DNA of 54,487 nucleotides from a virus. Its lineage: Duplodnaviria > Caudoviricetes. The position numbers and the translations under genes were made by a program. The notes below the pieces were generated by a model. The model saw only the letters and a list, made by a program, of their open reading frames with translations. It was not told the DNA's origin and searched no databases. Positions 39,690 through 48,794 of this stretch are shown here, one piece after another; within the stretch, counting starts at the first letter, position 1, and every line of letters starts with the position of its first letter. The DNA lies in IMG/VR virus record IMGVR_UViG_3300030329_003281, positions 1-54,487 of that record; one strand, 5' to 3'.

Positions 39690-39697
39690 TATAAATA
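39690..39697 (+). promoter_or_regulatory. T4-type late promoter TATAAATA
   Basis: Exact consensus upstream of the gp18 SD (AAGGAG) and ATG 39754. Confidence 0.8.
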
Positions 39698-39753
39698 ATA
39701 ACAAGAATAACTTAAGAGTTTCCAAGACTCTATCGATTGAAGGAGTACGAAAA

Positions 39754-41913
39754 ATGGGTTTTTTAGTCTCTCCAGGCGTACATGTTAAAGAAATTGATCT
39801 CACTAATATCATACCCGCCGTACAAACTAATATTGGCGCAGTTGCTGGACCTTTTGAGAAGGGCCCGGTTGCTTCAGTTATTAATATTGGTTCTGAAGAA
39901 GAATTAAGAAGTATTTTTGGCGAACCCAACGGTGACAACTTTGAATATTGGTTCACTGCTGCAAACTTTTTGCAGTATTCCAATGCGCTCAAAGTTGTCC
40001 GTGCTGAGTCTGGTGTTCTAAATGCTGCATCTGAACTAGGCGTTTTGATTAGAGACACAGATCATTATTCGGGTTCTTTTAGAGATGGTCAAGGAAGTGT
40101 TGGTCCTTGGGCAGCAAGAAGTGCTGGTGATTGGGGTAACTCTCTTGCAGTTTCCATTTGTGCAACTGCTACAGCGTTTTCGCAGAACATTACAGGTGCC
40201 AACCAAGTTAACGGTGCGGCATCTAACGGTGCAACATCTGTTACTGTTGATGACGTTGACCTTGCAGACAACGTTATTAACGTTGGCGATATCGTTTCTT
40301 TCTTCACAGACAGTGGATTCGGTACTCCAGCTAGTGGTCATGCAGGTAAAGAATATGAGGTCACTGCTCGTGACACAGCAAACAACACAATTACAATTCG
40401 TGAACTAGACAATCCGAATGGAACTGGATTGGTTGCAGACCTTGCTGACAATTCCTACATTCGTAGGCGTTGGAAGTTTTATGATTTGTTTGATTCTGCG
40501 CCAGGTACTTCTGAGTGGTCTACTCAAGAAGGACGTGGTACGGCTGATGAGTTACACATTGTTGTTTATGATACAACAGGTAAAATTAGTGGATTTAGTG
40601 AAAGTGTTGCTGGTCAAAGAACTCTCTCTGTTCTAGAAACATATTCAGCACTCTCCAAGAATCCTAAGGCTAGAACAGCTCAAGGTGGAACAAATTATTA
40701 TCCTGATGTAATTTACACACGATCTGCAAACATCTTTTGGATGGATCATCTTTCTTCTGGAACAAACTGGGGTAGTGACTTGGATGTAAGTAACAACATT
40801 ATCCTCAACGGTACGGATTCTAGTAGTTCGGATGAAGGTGATGCTGTTCTTTTAGATGGTACAGATAGTTCTGGTTCAAATGCTGGAGATAACGTTATTC
40901 AGGACTCCGGTTCTGGTGCTGGTGCGTTCACTGCTGTTGACACCCCGACATATGATGGGTTGACTGGTGGAACAGACGATTATTCTTTGACTCTTGGTGA
41001 AAAGAGAACAGCATATGACTTGTTCGCAGACACAGAAGCTCACGACATTAACTTTGTTCTTGGTGGACCTTCGGTAACGGTTACTGGTTCATCGTTCGGC
41101 ACAGCTGGTGATGAGTTTGACACACATGGTACGATGATTACAGACCTTTGTGAACTCCGCAAGGATTGTGTTGGTTTCATCTCTCCTGCTCGTCAGGCGG
41201 TTGTTAACGTTCAGAGTTCAAACACACAAACAGTAAATGTTAAAGATTCATTTGATACATTGCCATCGTCTTCGTATGTTGTATACGACAGTGGTTATAA
41301 GCAGATGTATGATAAGTACAATGATGTGGTGCGTTTTGTTCCTTTGAATGGCGATATTGCTGGGGTCTGTGCAAACACAGACAGAGTTGCTGATGCATGG
41401 TTCTCGCCGGGCGGTTACAATCGTGGTAACATTCGTGGTGCGATTAAAGTTGCTTACAATCCAAAACAGTCTGAAAGAGATATTCTCTACAAGGCTAGAA
41501 TCAACCCTGTTGTTGATTTTCCTGGCCAGGGTGTGGTTCTCTTTGGTGACAAGACTGCTCTTACAAAACCAAGTGCGTTTGATAGAATCAACGTTCGTCG
41601 TTTGTTCTTGGTTCTTGAAAAAGCAATCGCAACTGCTGCCAAGTTTACACTCTTTGAGTTCAACGATGAGTTTACAAGAGCACAGTTCCGTAACTTGGTA
41701 GAGCCTTTCTTGCGAGATGTTCAGGGTCGTAGAGGTATCACTGATTTTGCGGTGATCTGCGATGGTACGAACAACACGGGCGAAGTAATTGACAGAAATG
41801 AATTTATTGCTGACATTTATGTTAAACCCGCTCGGTCAATTAACTTTATCACTCTTAACTTTGTTGCTGTTCGAACTGGTGTCGAATTCAACGAAGTTAT
41901 CGGCAGATTCTAA
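39754..41913 (+). CDS. gp18: tail sheath protein gp18
   Basis: MGFLVSPGVHVKEIDLT, GPFEKGP, RKDCVGFISP, WFSPGGYNRG, FDRINVRRLFL, FEFNDEFTR, KPARSINFITLNFVA. Confidence 0.97.
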   Translation: MGFLVSPGVHVKEIDLTNIIPAVQTNIGAVAGPFEKGPVASVINIGSEEELRSIFGEPNGDNFEYWFTAANFLQYSNALKVVRAESGVLNAASELGVLIRDTDHYSGSFRDGQGSVGPWAARSAGDWGNSLAVSICATATAFSQNITGANQVNGAASNGATSVTVDDVDLADNVINVGDIVSFFTDSGFGTPASGHAGKEYEVTARDTANNTITIRELDNPNGTGLVADLADNSYIRRRWKFYDLFDSAPGTSEWSTQEGRGTADELHIVVYDTTGKISGFSESVAGQRTLSVLETYSALSKNPKARTAQGGTNYYPDVIYTRSANIFWMDHLSSGTNWGSDLDVSNNIILNGTDSSSSDEGDAVLLDGTDSSGSNAGDNVIQDSGSGAGAFTAVDTPTYDGLTGGTDDYSLTLGEKRTAYDLFADTEAHDINFVLGGPSVTVTGSSFGTAGDEFDTHGTMITDLCELRKDCVGFISPARQAVVNVQSSNTQTVNVKDSFDTLPSSSYVVYDSGYKQMYDKYNDVVRFVPLNGDIAGVCANTDRVADAWFSPGGYNRGNIRGAIKVAYNPKQSERDILYKARINPVVDFPGQGVVLFGDKTALTKPSAFDRINVRRLFLVLEKAIATAAKFTLFEFNDEFTRAQFRNLVEPFLRDVQGRRGITDFAVICDGTNNTGEVIDRNEFIADIYVKPARSINFITLNFVAVRTGVEFNEVIGRF

Positions 41914-41928
41914 TAAGGAGCAACGAAA

Positions 41929-42483
41929 ATGGTTGGAACATTAGACGAATTTAGGTCACAACTACTTGGTGGTGGCGCTAGAAATAACCAATATCGCGTT
42001 GAGATTAATAATCCTCCTGCTGGTGCTGTTGGTTTGGATACAAGAAATGCTGCGTTTTTGTGCACGGCCGCTCAGATGCCTGGAATGACAGTCACTGAAG
42101 TTCCGGTGCCGTTCAGAGGTCGTTCATTGTTTATCCCTGCTGATAGAGAATTTGAACCGTGGACTGTAACTTTCTTGAACGACACAAACTTTGCTATTAG
42201 AAACGCAATGGAACGATGGAATAACAGTATGAATAATCTTGTCACAGGTCAAGGCTTGACAAGGCATGATGAATATACTGCTGACCTTAAAGTTTCGCAA
42301 CTTGATAGAGATGATACAATATTGAAAACATATACCTTTATCAATGCGTTTCCGACAGCAGTTGGTGCGATTGACTTAGCTGCTGGTACTTCAGACACGA
42401 TTGAAACTTTTGATGTAACGTTTAGATATCAACACTTTGTAACAGATGGTGTAGTTGAGGATGCACCTTCTGGGCCATTTTAG
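41929..42483 (+). CDS. gp19: tail tube protein gp19
   Basis: GGAR.NQY.V; FLC.AAQMPG; VPFRGR...DREFEPWTVTFLND..F.IR.AMERW; QLDR; IETFDVTF.YQ. Confidence 0.95.
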   Translation: MVGTLDEFRSQLLGGGARNNQYRVEINNPPAGAVGLDTRNAAFLCTAAQMPGMTVTEVPVPFRGRSLFIPADREFEPWTVTFLNDTNFAIRNAMERWNNSMNNLVTGQGLTRHDEYTADLKVSQLDRDDTILKTYTFINAFPTAVGAIDLAAGTSDTIETFDVTFRYQHFVTDGVVEDAPSGPF

Positions 42484-42507
42484 TGTCTGACTATATATTT
42501 CTAAACT

Positions 42508-42515
42508 ACTAAATA
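42508..42515 (+). promoter_or_regulatory. late promoter variant ACTAAATA before gp20
   Basis: CTAAATA variant inside the palindrome ACTACTA-AA-TAGTAGT, followed by SD AAGGAG. Confidence 0.55.
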
Positions 42516-42531
42516 GTAGTAAGGAGATATA

Positions 42532-44157
42532 ATGGCAGAGCTATTTGGTTTTAGTATTACTCGTAAAGGGACTCAGGGCAGTGAAAATACTTTCACTGTC
42601 CCGACTCCTGACGATGGCAGTATTGAGGTTGCTGGTGGTGGTTTCTTTTCTTCCATTCTTGATACGGATGGACGTGAAAGAACAGAACTTGATTTAATTA
42701 GACGTTATAGAGATATTGCACAACAGCCAGAGTGTGACAGTGCAATTGAAGATATTATTAACGAAGCAATAACTTCAGATGAATTTTCTCAGTCTGTCAT
42801 GGTTACTCTTGACAGACTTCCCTACCCAGAAAAAATTAAAAGACTTATTCGAGAAGAATTTAATAGTGTTCTTTCTCTTTTAGAATTTGAAGAGAAAGGT
42901 CATGATATTTTCAGACGTTGGTATGTCGATGGACGAATTTTCTTTCATAAAGTTATTGATCAAAAAAATCCCAAGAAAGGCTTAGTTTCATTAAGATTTA
43001 TTGATGCAACTAAGATTAAGAAAGTAAGAGAAGTAAAGAAAGAGAAAGACCAAGCCACTGGTGTAGATAAAATTAAGAAGATTGAAGAGTATTATATCTA
43101 CAATGAAAAAGGATTACACTCTGCTGGATATGGCGGAACTCAACAAGGAATTAGAATTGCTGCTGACGCCATAACGTATTGTCCCTCTGGTGTAATTGAT
43201 CAAAACAGTGGTAAGGTTTTATCTTACTTACACAAAGCAATCAAACCTGTCAACCAATTGAGGATGATTGAAGACGCGTTGGTTATCTATCGCATTTCAC
43301 GAGCACCAGAGCGTAGAATTTTCTACATTGATGTTGGCAATCTTCCTAAGATAAAAGCAGAGCAATATCTTAAAGATGTGATGAATCGTTATCGTAACAA
43401 GTTGGTGTATGACGCATCAACTGGTGAAATACGAGATGACAGAAATCACATGAGTATGCTTGAAGACTTCTGGCTTCCACGTAGAGAAGGTGGTCGAGGA
43501 ACAGAAATCACAACACTGCCGGGTGGTTCTAATCTTGGTGAGATTGATGACATTCAATATTTCCAGAAAAAACTTTATCGGTCATTGAATGTTCCTATTT
43601 CCAGACTTGAGTCAGAATCAAACTTTAGTCTTGGTAGAAGCACAGACATTACAAGAGATGAACTCAAGTTTACCAAGTTTATTCAGAAGCTAAGAAAGAA
43701 GTTTGTTCATCTCTTTACAGACATTTTGAAAACTCAGTTATTGTTAAAGGGTGTTATCTCTTTGGATGATTGGGATGTAATGAAAGAACACATTCAATAT
43801 GATTTTCTTAAGGATGGTCATTTTGCAGAGCTAAAAGAAGCAGAGTTGTTGAATGATCGTATTACAACTTTACAGAATATAGAATCATACATTGGAACAT
43901 TCTTCAGTAAAGAATATGTTTTGAAACATGTGTTGCGTATGAATGATGCTGAGATAGCTGATATGCGTGACCAAATTGCAACTGAAGCAGAAAAAGATCC
44001 AATGGATGGTGGTGTGCCGAATGATGGTGGTGATGGTATCCAAAGATACCCAACAGATTCAGCTGGTATGGCAGTTGATCCAGAAATGGATGCTGGAGAT
44101 AGAGCAGCACTTGCCTATGGTATGGATCCAAATGCAGACGAAGGAGAGCAACAGTGA
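42532..44157 (+). CDS. gp20: portal vertex protein gp20
   Basis: IFRRWYVDGR; SYLHKAIKPVNQLRMIEDALVIYRISRAPERRIFYIDVGNLPK; MLEDFWLPRREGGRGTEI. Confidence 0.98.
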   Translation: MAELFGFSITRKGTQGSENTFTVPTPDDGSIEVAGGGFFSSILDTDGRERTELDLIRRYRDIAQQPECDSAIEDIINEAITSDEFSQSVMVTLDRLPYPEKIKRLIREEFNSVLSLLEFEEKGHDIFRRWYVDGRIFFHKVIDQKNPKKGLVSLRFIDATKIKKVREVKKEKDQATGVDKIKKIEEYYIYNEKGLHSAGYGGTQQGIRIAADAITYCPSGVIDQNSGKVLSYLHKAIKPVNQLRMIEDALVIYRISRAPERRIFYIDVGNLPKIKAEQYLKDVMNRYRNKLVYDASTGEIRDDRNHMSMLEDFWLPRREGGRGTEITTLPGGSNLGEIDDIQYFQKKLYRSLNVPISRLESESNFSLGRSTDITRDELKFTKFIQKLRKKFVHLFTDILKTQLLLKGVISLDDWDVMKEHIQYDFLKDGHFAELKEAELLNDRITTLQNIESYIGTFFSKEYVLKHVLRMNDAEIADMRDQIATEAEKDPMDGGVPNDGGDGIQRYPTDSAGMAVDPEMDAGDRAALAYGMDPNADEGEQQ

Positions 44158-44324
44158 CGAGTAAAGAATTTGTAGATATGGTTGTAGATGGTAATAATGT
44201 AGAAGCTGAAGGTGCATTTCAACATGCAATTTCTCATAAGGTGAGTGATGCTCTAGAAGGCAGAAGAAAAGAATTGGCTGCATCTTTTGTAAGCACCAAG
44301 AGTGTAGAAACTGAGGAAGATTAG
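44154..44324 (+). CDS. gp67: prohead core protein gp67-like, 56 aa
   Basis: Hand translation MTSKEFVDMVVDGNNVEAEGAFQHAISHKVSDALEGRRKELAASF...; GTGA overlap with the gp20 stop; canonical gp67 position. Confidence 0.7.
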   Translation: MTSKEFVDMVVDGNNVEAEGAFQHAISHKVSDALEGRRKELAASFVSTKSVETEED

Positions 44325-44542
44325 TGGCGGAATTTCAGTTAGTAGTTAATGGAATATTAGAGACTTATACTAAATATGAAGACATTCCAGATACTTTCGA
44401 AAATGTAGTTAAATTTTTACCGGATCTTCCAGAACCAGAAGGTGAGGATGGAAATCATACAGATGAACAACACGTAGAGATGGCAAGATGGAACGGTAGA
44501 CTACAAGCACTAATGGAGAAAGAACGTGCCCGCAGCAACTAG
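44324..44542 (+). CDS. conserved small protein preceding PAAR
   Basis: YTKYEDIPDTFENVVKFLP..P.P...HTDEQH; coupled to the genes on both sides. Confidence 0.6.
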   Translation: MAEFQLVVNGILETYTKYEDIPDTFENVVKFLPDLPEPEGEDGNHTDEQHVEMARWNGRLQALMEKERARSN

Positions 44543-44819
44543 AATTGGAGATGCAGATGTACCACACTGTTCTGGTATGACTAGAGCAGAAGGTTCAGTA
44601 AATGTATTTGTGAATGGTATCAAGTGGAGTTGTCAAGGAGATGTTAATACTGTACATTTATTGCCTGGCAGTATCCCTTGTCTACCACATGCTGCTCCTA
44701 TTGCAACTGGTTCTACTACAGTATTTGTAAATGGTGATGGTGCTGGTAGAATAGGTGATGCGATAACAAATTGTACTTCTGTTGCTGCTGGAAGTGATAA
44801 TGTTTTTGCAGGACCGTAA
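44526..44819 (+). CDS. PAAR-domain spike tip protein (gp5.4-like)
   Basis: MPAATRIGD...HC...GS.NVFVNG...H...C.PH...GS.TVFVNG..AGRIGD...C...AAGS.NVFAG. Confidence 0.9.
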   Translation: MPAATRIGDADVPHCSGMTRAEGSVNVFVNGIKWSCQGDVNTVHLLPGSIPCLPHAAPIATGSTTVFVNGDGAGRIGDAITNCTSVAAGSDNVFAGP

Positions 44820-44820
44820 A

Positions 44821-45069
44821 ATGAAACAGAAATTTGAAAATATGTATAAATCTGTTGTTGAAAAGGATGAGCATAAAACATCTAAGGAGTATAAAAAACT
44901 TTCTCCGAAGATGAAAGATGCTGTTGATTCTATTTTTAAGGTGATGGATTCTAAACCTTCAGATTTCCTAAATAGTTTTGAAAAAATAATAAAAGACACA
45001 TCAAATAAATATAAAGTGCCAGAAAAACAAATTATGGCATACTTTGAAAAAGAAATGCTTTCGATTTAA
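44821..45069 (+). CDS. hypothetical protein in the head module
   Basis: ATG 1 nt after the PAAR stop; YKKLSPKMKDAVD..F motif. Confidence 0.6.
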   Translation: MKQKFENMYKSVVEKDEHKTSKEYKKLSPKMKDAVDSIFKVMDSKPSDFLNSFEKIIKDTSNKYKVPEKQIMAYFEKEMLSI

Positions 45070-45080
45070 GGAGCTAGAAA

Positions 45081-45503
45081 ATGGCTGTCGCAACTAGAAC
45101 ATTAAAAGATACCGTGGTGAATGCTTCCGGTGCTGGTGGTAAAGTTACCATTTTGGTTAATTGGGATGATGAAGATTCTTCAAATAATAATATTTTAGAT
45201 GCTTCTGGTCTTGATGGTCATGCAAATGGCGCAAAATTGGATATTACTCGTATCTGGTGGGCAATTACAGGCGGTGTTGCAGACGATGATCAGAACTGGG
45301 CGTTTATTGAATTCAAAGGCGCATCATCTGATACTCTCGCAATCAATCTTACTGGAACTGGACATTATGATGGGACGGCGGGGCCTATTACCAATAACGC
45401 AACAAATACAGGTGCAACCTCTGGTGACTTGGAGTTGAGTTTGCGTAACTGTTCTGGTTCAATGATTATTGAACTGCGTAAAGACGAGAACTTTACATCA
45501 TAG
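45081..45503 (+). CDS. hypothetical beta-rich protein preceding the prohead protease
   Basis: Strong SD AAGGAG; ILDAS.L...KLDITRIWW...IIELRK. Confidence 0.6.
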   Translation: MAVATRTLKDTVVNASGAGGKVTILVNWDDEDSSNNNILDASGLDGHANGAKLDITRIWWAITGGVADDDQNWAFIEFKGASSDTLAINLTGTGHYDGTAGPITNNATNTGATSGDLELSLRNCSGSMIIELRKDENFTS

Positions 45504-45513
45504 GGGATATGAA

Positions 45514-46197
45514 ATGCAAGCACGTCAGAGGGGATATCCAATGCAAGTTGTAAAATTATTTTCAGAAGCCGTAGAAGAAGTACAGTATATCTGTGAAGAA
45601 AAAGAAAACGGCGGCAAGAACTATAAAATTCGTGGTGTCTTCATGCAAGCAGACATCAAGAATAGAAATGGCCGTGTATATCCAATGGAAGTATTAGAAA
45701 AGGAAGTACAACGGTATAACGAAAAATTCATCGATGAAAATCGAGCGTATGGTGAACTAGGTCATCCTGATGGCCCGACAGTTAACCTTGAACGTGTTTC
45801 CCATATGGTTACTTCACTGAAACCAGATGGTAAAAATTTCATTGGTGAGGCAAAAATTTTGAAAACCCCGATGGGAGAAATAGTTAAGAACCTTATGGAT
45901 GAGGGTGCGAAACTTGGAGTTTCTTCTAGAGGCATGGGAAGTTTAGACCAAAAAAATGGTGCTAACTATGTGAGAGATGATTTCTATTTAGCAACTGCTG
46001 CGGATATCGTTGCCGATCCATCTGCTCCAAACGCTTTCGTAGAAGGTGTTATGGAAGGAAAGGAGTGGGTATGGGATCATGGTGCATTGATTGAAGCACA
46101 TCTTGCTGGATTGAAAAAGGAATTTGATGTCAAAGAAAATAAAAGACAAGCGAACAAAGAAGCATTAGAGTTCGCTAAATTCCTCAAAATGTTATAA
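45514..46197 (+). CDS. gp21: prohead protease gp21 (alternative in-frame start at 45541)
   Basis: I.GVFMQADIKNRNGRVYP; AYGELGHPDGPTVNLERVSH; LGVSSRGMGSL; AADIVADPSAPNAFVEG.MEGKEWVW. Confidence 0.95.
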   Translation: MQARQRGYPMQVVKLFSEAVEEVQYICEEKENGGKNYKIRGVFMQADIKNRNGRVYPMEVLEKEVQRYNEKFIDENRAYGELGHPDGPTVNLERVSHMVTSLKPDGKNFIGEAKILKTPMGEIVKNLMDEGAKLGVSSRGMGSLDQKNGANYVRDDFYLATAADIVADPSAPNAFVEGVMEGKEWVWDHGALIEAHLAGLKKEFDVKENKRQANKEALEFAKFLKML

Positions 46198-46199
46198 TT

Positions 46200-46207
46200 T
46201 ATAAATA
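46200..46207 (+). promoter_or_regulatory. T4-type late promoter TATAAATA
   Basis: Exact consensus upstream of gp22. Confidence 0.8.
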
Positions 46208-46234
46208 ATATAAACAAAAAATAAGGAGAAATCC

Positions 46235-47353
46235 ATGTCTGAACTAGATACAACAATTGAGGAGCTTGAAGCTGAAGTTCTAGCGGAACTTGAAGAAGCT
46301 AATGGTGCAGATGCTCCTATGAAAAGCGCCGCTCCCGCTGATAAACCTGAGAAGGTTAAGGATGAGGTCAACAAAGAAGAAGATCTTGGTGGTGCAAAAC
46401 CAGAAGCCAAAGTTGAAAAGGGTGCTGATGAGGATCGTCCCGAAAAATCGATTGGTAAGAAAGCAGCTGCTTCTGCCGATGAGGTTGGTGGCGATGCACA
46501 ACAGAAGGGCGAAGGTAAACCCGATGCCCCTCAAAAGCTCGCTGCTGGAGATGAGGTGGAAATGACTGACGAACAGGAAGTCGTTTCAGAAGACAAAGAA
46601 ACAGATGACAACATTGAAGAAAGAATTTCTGATATTAACGTCAAAGAAGATGTTTCTGCTTTGATTTCTGGAGAAGACCTCTCTGAAGAGTTTAAAGTTA
46701 AAGCGGCCACAATTTTTGAGGCTGCCGTTAAATCTAAGATTCGTAGTGAAGTTGTACGAATGGAAGAGGAATATTCTGTTCAACTAGCAGAAGCTACTGA
46801 GACAATTAAAGAGGAACTGTCCGAGAAAGTTGATAGTTACCTCGGTTATGTTGTCGAAGAGTGGATGAAAGAGAATGAGATTGCTGTTGAGCGTGGACTC
46901 AAGGGCGAAATCGCCGAGGACTTCATTTCTGGTCTGAAACAGTTGTTTGAAGATCATTACATTGACGTTCCTGACGAAAAGTATGATATTCTTGAAGCTC
47001 AGTCTGAAAAGATTTCTGAGCTTGAAGAAAAACTCAATGCCTCTATTGAAGAGAATGTTGAGAGAAGAAAGGTTGTTGAGTCTTTGACCAGAGATGCAGT
47101 TATACATGAAGTCTCTGAAGAACTTACTGTCACTGAAATGGAAAAGTTTAAGTCGCTAACTGAAGAGTTAGAATTTGTAAGTGAAGATAGTTTCCGTCAA
47201 AAACTCGACACACTGAAAGAAAGTTATTTCCCGAAAACTAGTGGGGAAGAGTCTTTCGTGATTGTTGATGGAGATAGTGAAGAACCAGCACAGGACATTG
47301 ATACGACTGATACGATTAAAACGTACTTGTCGGCCATCAGTCGTACCAAATAG
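46235..47353 (+). CDS. gp22: prohead core scaffold protein gp22
   Basis: LSEEFK.KAATIFEAAV; KVDSYL.YVVEEWM.ENE.AVE.GLK.EIAEDFI.GLK.LF..HYIDVP.EK; KL.TLKESYF. Confidence 0.95.
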   Translation: MSELDTTIEELEAEVLAELEEANGADAPMKSAAPADKPEKVKDEVNKEEDLGGAKPEAKVEKGADEDRPEKSIGKKAAASADEVGGDAQQKGEGKPDAPQKLAAGDEVEMTDEQEVVSEDKETDDNIEERISDINVKEDVSALISGEDLSEEFKVKAATIFEAAVKSKIRSEVVRMEEEYSVQLAEATETIKEELSEKVDSYLGYVVEEWMKENEIAVERGLKGEIAEDFISGLKQLFEDHYIDVPDEKYDILEAQSEKISELEEKLNASIEENVERRKVVESLTRDAVIHEVSEELTVTEMEKFKSLTEELEFVSEDSFRQKLDTLKESYFPKTSGEESFVIVDGDSEEPAQDIDTTDTIKTYLSAISRTK

Positions 47354-47401
47354 TGCATATTTTATAAATTAAATGTAGAAAAATAATAAGGAGAAACGAA
47401 A

Positions 47402-48751
47402 ATGTTTCAAACAGAACATCTACAAGAAAAGTGGCAGCCAGTCCTAGATCATCCTGAACTTCCTAAGATCGATGATAGCTATCGCCGTGCAGTCACAACC
47501 GTTATTCTTGAAAACCAAGAAAAAGCGTTGATGGAAGACCGTGCTTTCCTTTCGGAAGCCGCTCCTATCAACTCGACTGGTGGTTCCATTTCTAACTGGG
47601 ATCCCATTCTTATCTCGCTCGTTCGTCGTGCGATGCCTAACCTGATCGCTTATGATATCTGTGGTGTCCAGCCTATGACTGGTCCGACAGGCCTCATTTT
47701 CGCGATGCGTGCTTCGTTCCTGTCTTCGGATGGTGCGGAAGCTCTGGTTGACGAAGCAATGCCTGGTAAGGCTGGTGCTTCTAACCAAAACGCTGCTGGT
47801 ACTACTGGTGGTGGTGATGTTGGTGCAACAGAAACTAATCCTGCCGTTCTGAACGACAGTCCTTCTGCTGGTACTTACACTTCTGCTACTGGTATGACGA
47901 CTGCTCAGGGTGAAGCACTGGGTGATACATCCACAAATGCTTTCGCTGAAATGGCGTTCTCCATCGACAAGTCCACGGTTACCGCCGTGACTCGTGCTCT
48001 GAAAGCTGAGTACACGATGGAACTGGCTCAAGACCTGAAAGCGATTCATGGTTTGGACGCTGAAACAGAACTGGCTAACATCCTGAGTTCTGAAATTCTT
48101 GCTGAAATCAACCGTGAAGTTGTTCGCCGTGTTTATGTTGCTGCCGTCAAAGGTGCTCAGGTTAACACGACAACTGCTGGTATCTTCGACTTGGATACAG
48201 ACTCCAATGGTCGTTGGTCGGTTGAGAAGTTCAAAGGTCTGATGTTCGGTATCGAGCGTGATGCAAACGCGATTGGTCAGCAGACTCGTCGTGGTAAAGG
48301 TAACATGCTGATGTGTTCTGCTGACGTTGCGTCTGCATTGCAAATGGCTGGTATCCTTGACTACACGCCTGCTCTGAACAATAACCTGAACGTGGATGAC
48401 ACAACTACGACATTTGCTGGTGTCCTGAATGGTCGCTACAAAGTCTATGTTGACCCGTATGCCGCTAACGTTGCTGCTTCGCAGTATTATGTTGTTGGTT
48501 ACAAGGGTACGTCCCCGTATGACGCTGGTATGTTCTACTGCCCGTATGTTCCGTTGCAAATGGTTCGTGCGGTTGGTGAAAACACCTTCCAGCCGAAGAT
48601 CGGGTTCAAGACTCGTTACGGTATGGCTGCTAACCCATTCGCTCAGACTGCTGGTGCAGTTGCTGCGGGTGACACGCAGAACACTGATGCCTCGATTGAT
48701 GATGGCGTCAATGTTTACTACCGTCGCGTTAAGGTTACAAACCTGATGTAA
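47402..48751 (+). CDS. gp23: major capsid protein gp23
   Basis: DPILISLVRRAMPNLIAYDICGVQPMTGPTGLIFAMR; RALKAEYTMELAQDLKAIHGLDAETELANILS; FYCPYVPL; FQPKIGFKTRYG. Confidence 0.99.
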   Translation: MFQTEHLQEKWQPVLDHPELPKIDDSYRRAVTTVILENQEKALMEDRAFLSEAAPINSTGGSISNWDPILISLVRRAMPNLIAYDICGVQPMTGPTGLIFAMRASFLSSDGAEALVDEAMPGKAGASNQNAAGTTGGGDVGATETNPAVLNDSPSAGTYTSATGMTTAQGEALGDTSTNAFAEMAFSIDKSTVTAVTRALKAEYTMELAQDLKAIHGLDAETELANILSSEILAEINREVVRRVYVAAVKGAQVNTTTAGIFDLDTDSNGRWSVEKFKGLMFGIERDANAIGQQTRRGKGNMLMCSADVASALQMAGILDYTPALNNNLNVDDTTTTFAGVLNGRYKVYVDPYAANVAASQYYVVGYKGTSPYDAGMFYCPYVPLQMVRAVGENTFQPKIGFKTRYGMAANPFAQTAGAVAAGDTQNTDASIDDGVNVYYRRVKVTNLM

Positions 48752-48794
48752 GACCCTTTCCACGACAGAAGGATAATAATAGTCGTGGACCTTC

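Noticed and set aside
39667-39753. N-terminal extension of gp18 in the ORF track
   Set aside because: It contains the late promoter. The SD AAGGAG and the conserved MGFLVSPGV start point to ATG 39754.
37687-48751. Introns or inteins in gp17, gp20 or gp23, and stop-codon recoding
   Set aside because: All are uninterrupted and of ordinary length under the standard code, with no intein motifs seen.
47444-48763. 439-aa minus-strand ORF spanning gp23
   Set aside because: It is an antisense shadow in register with gp23 codons. gp23 largely avoids TTA/CTA/TCA, which removes antisense stops; there is no recognisable motif or RBS.
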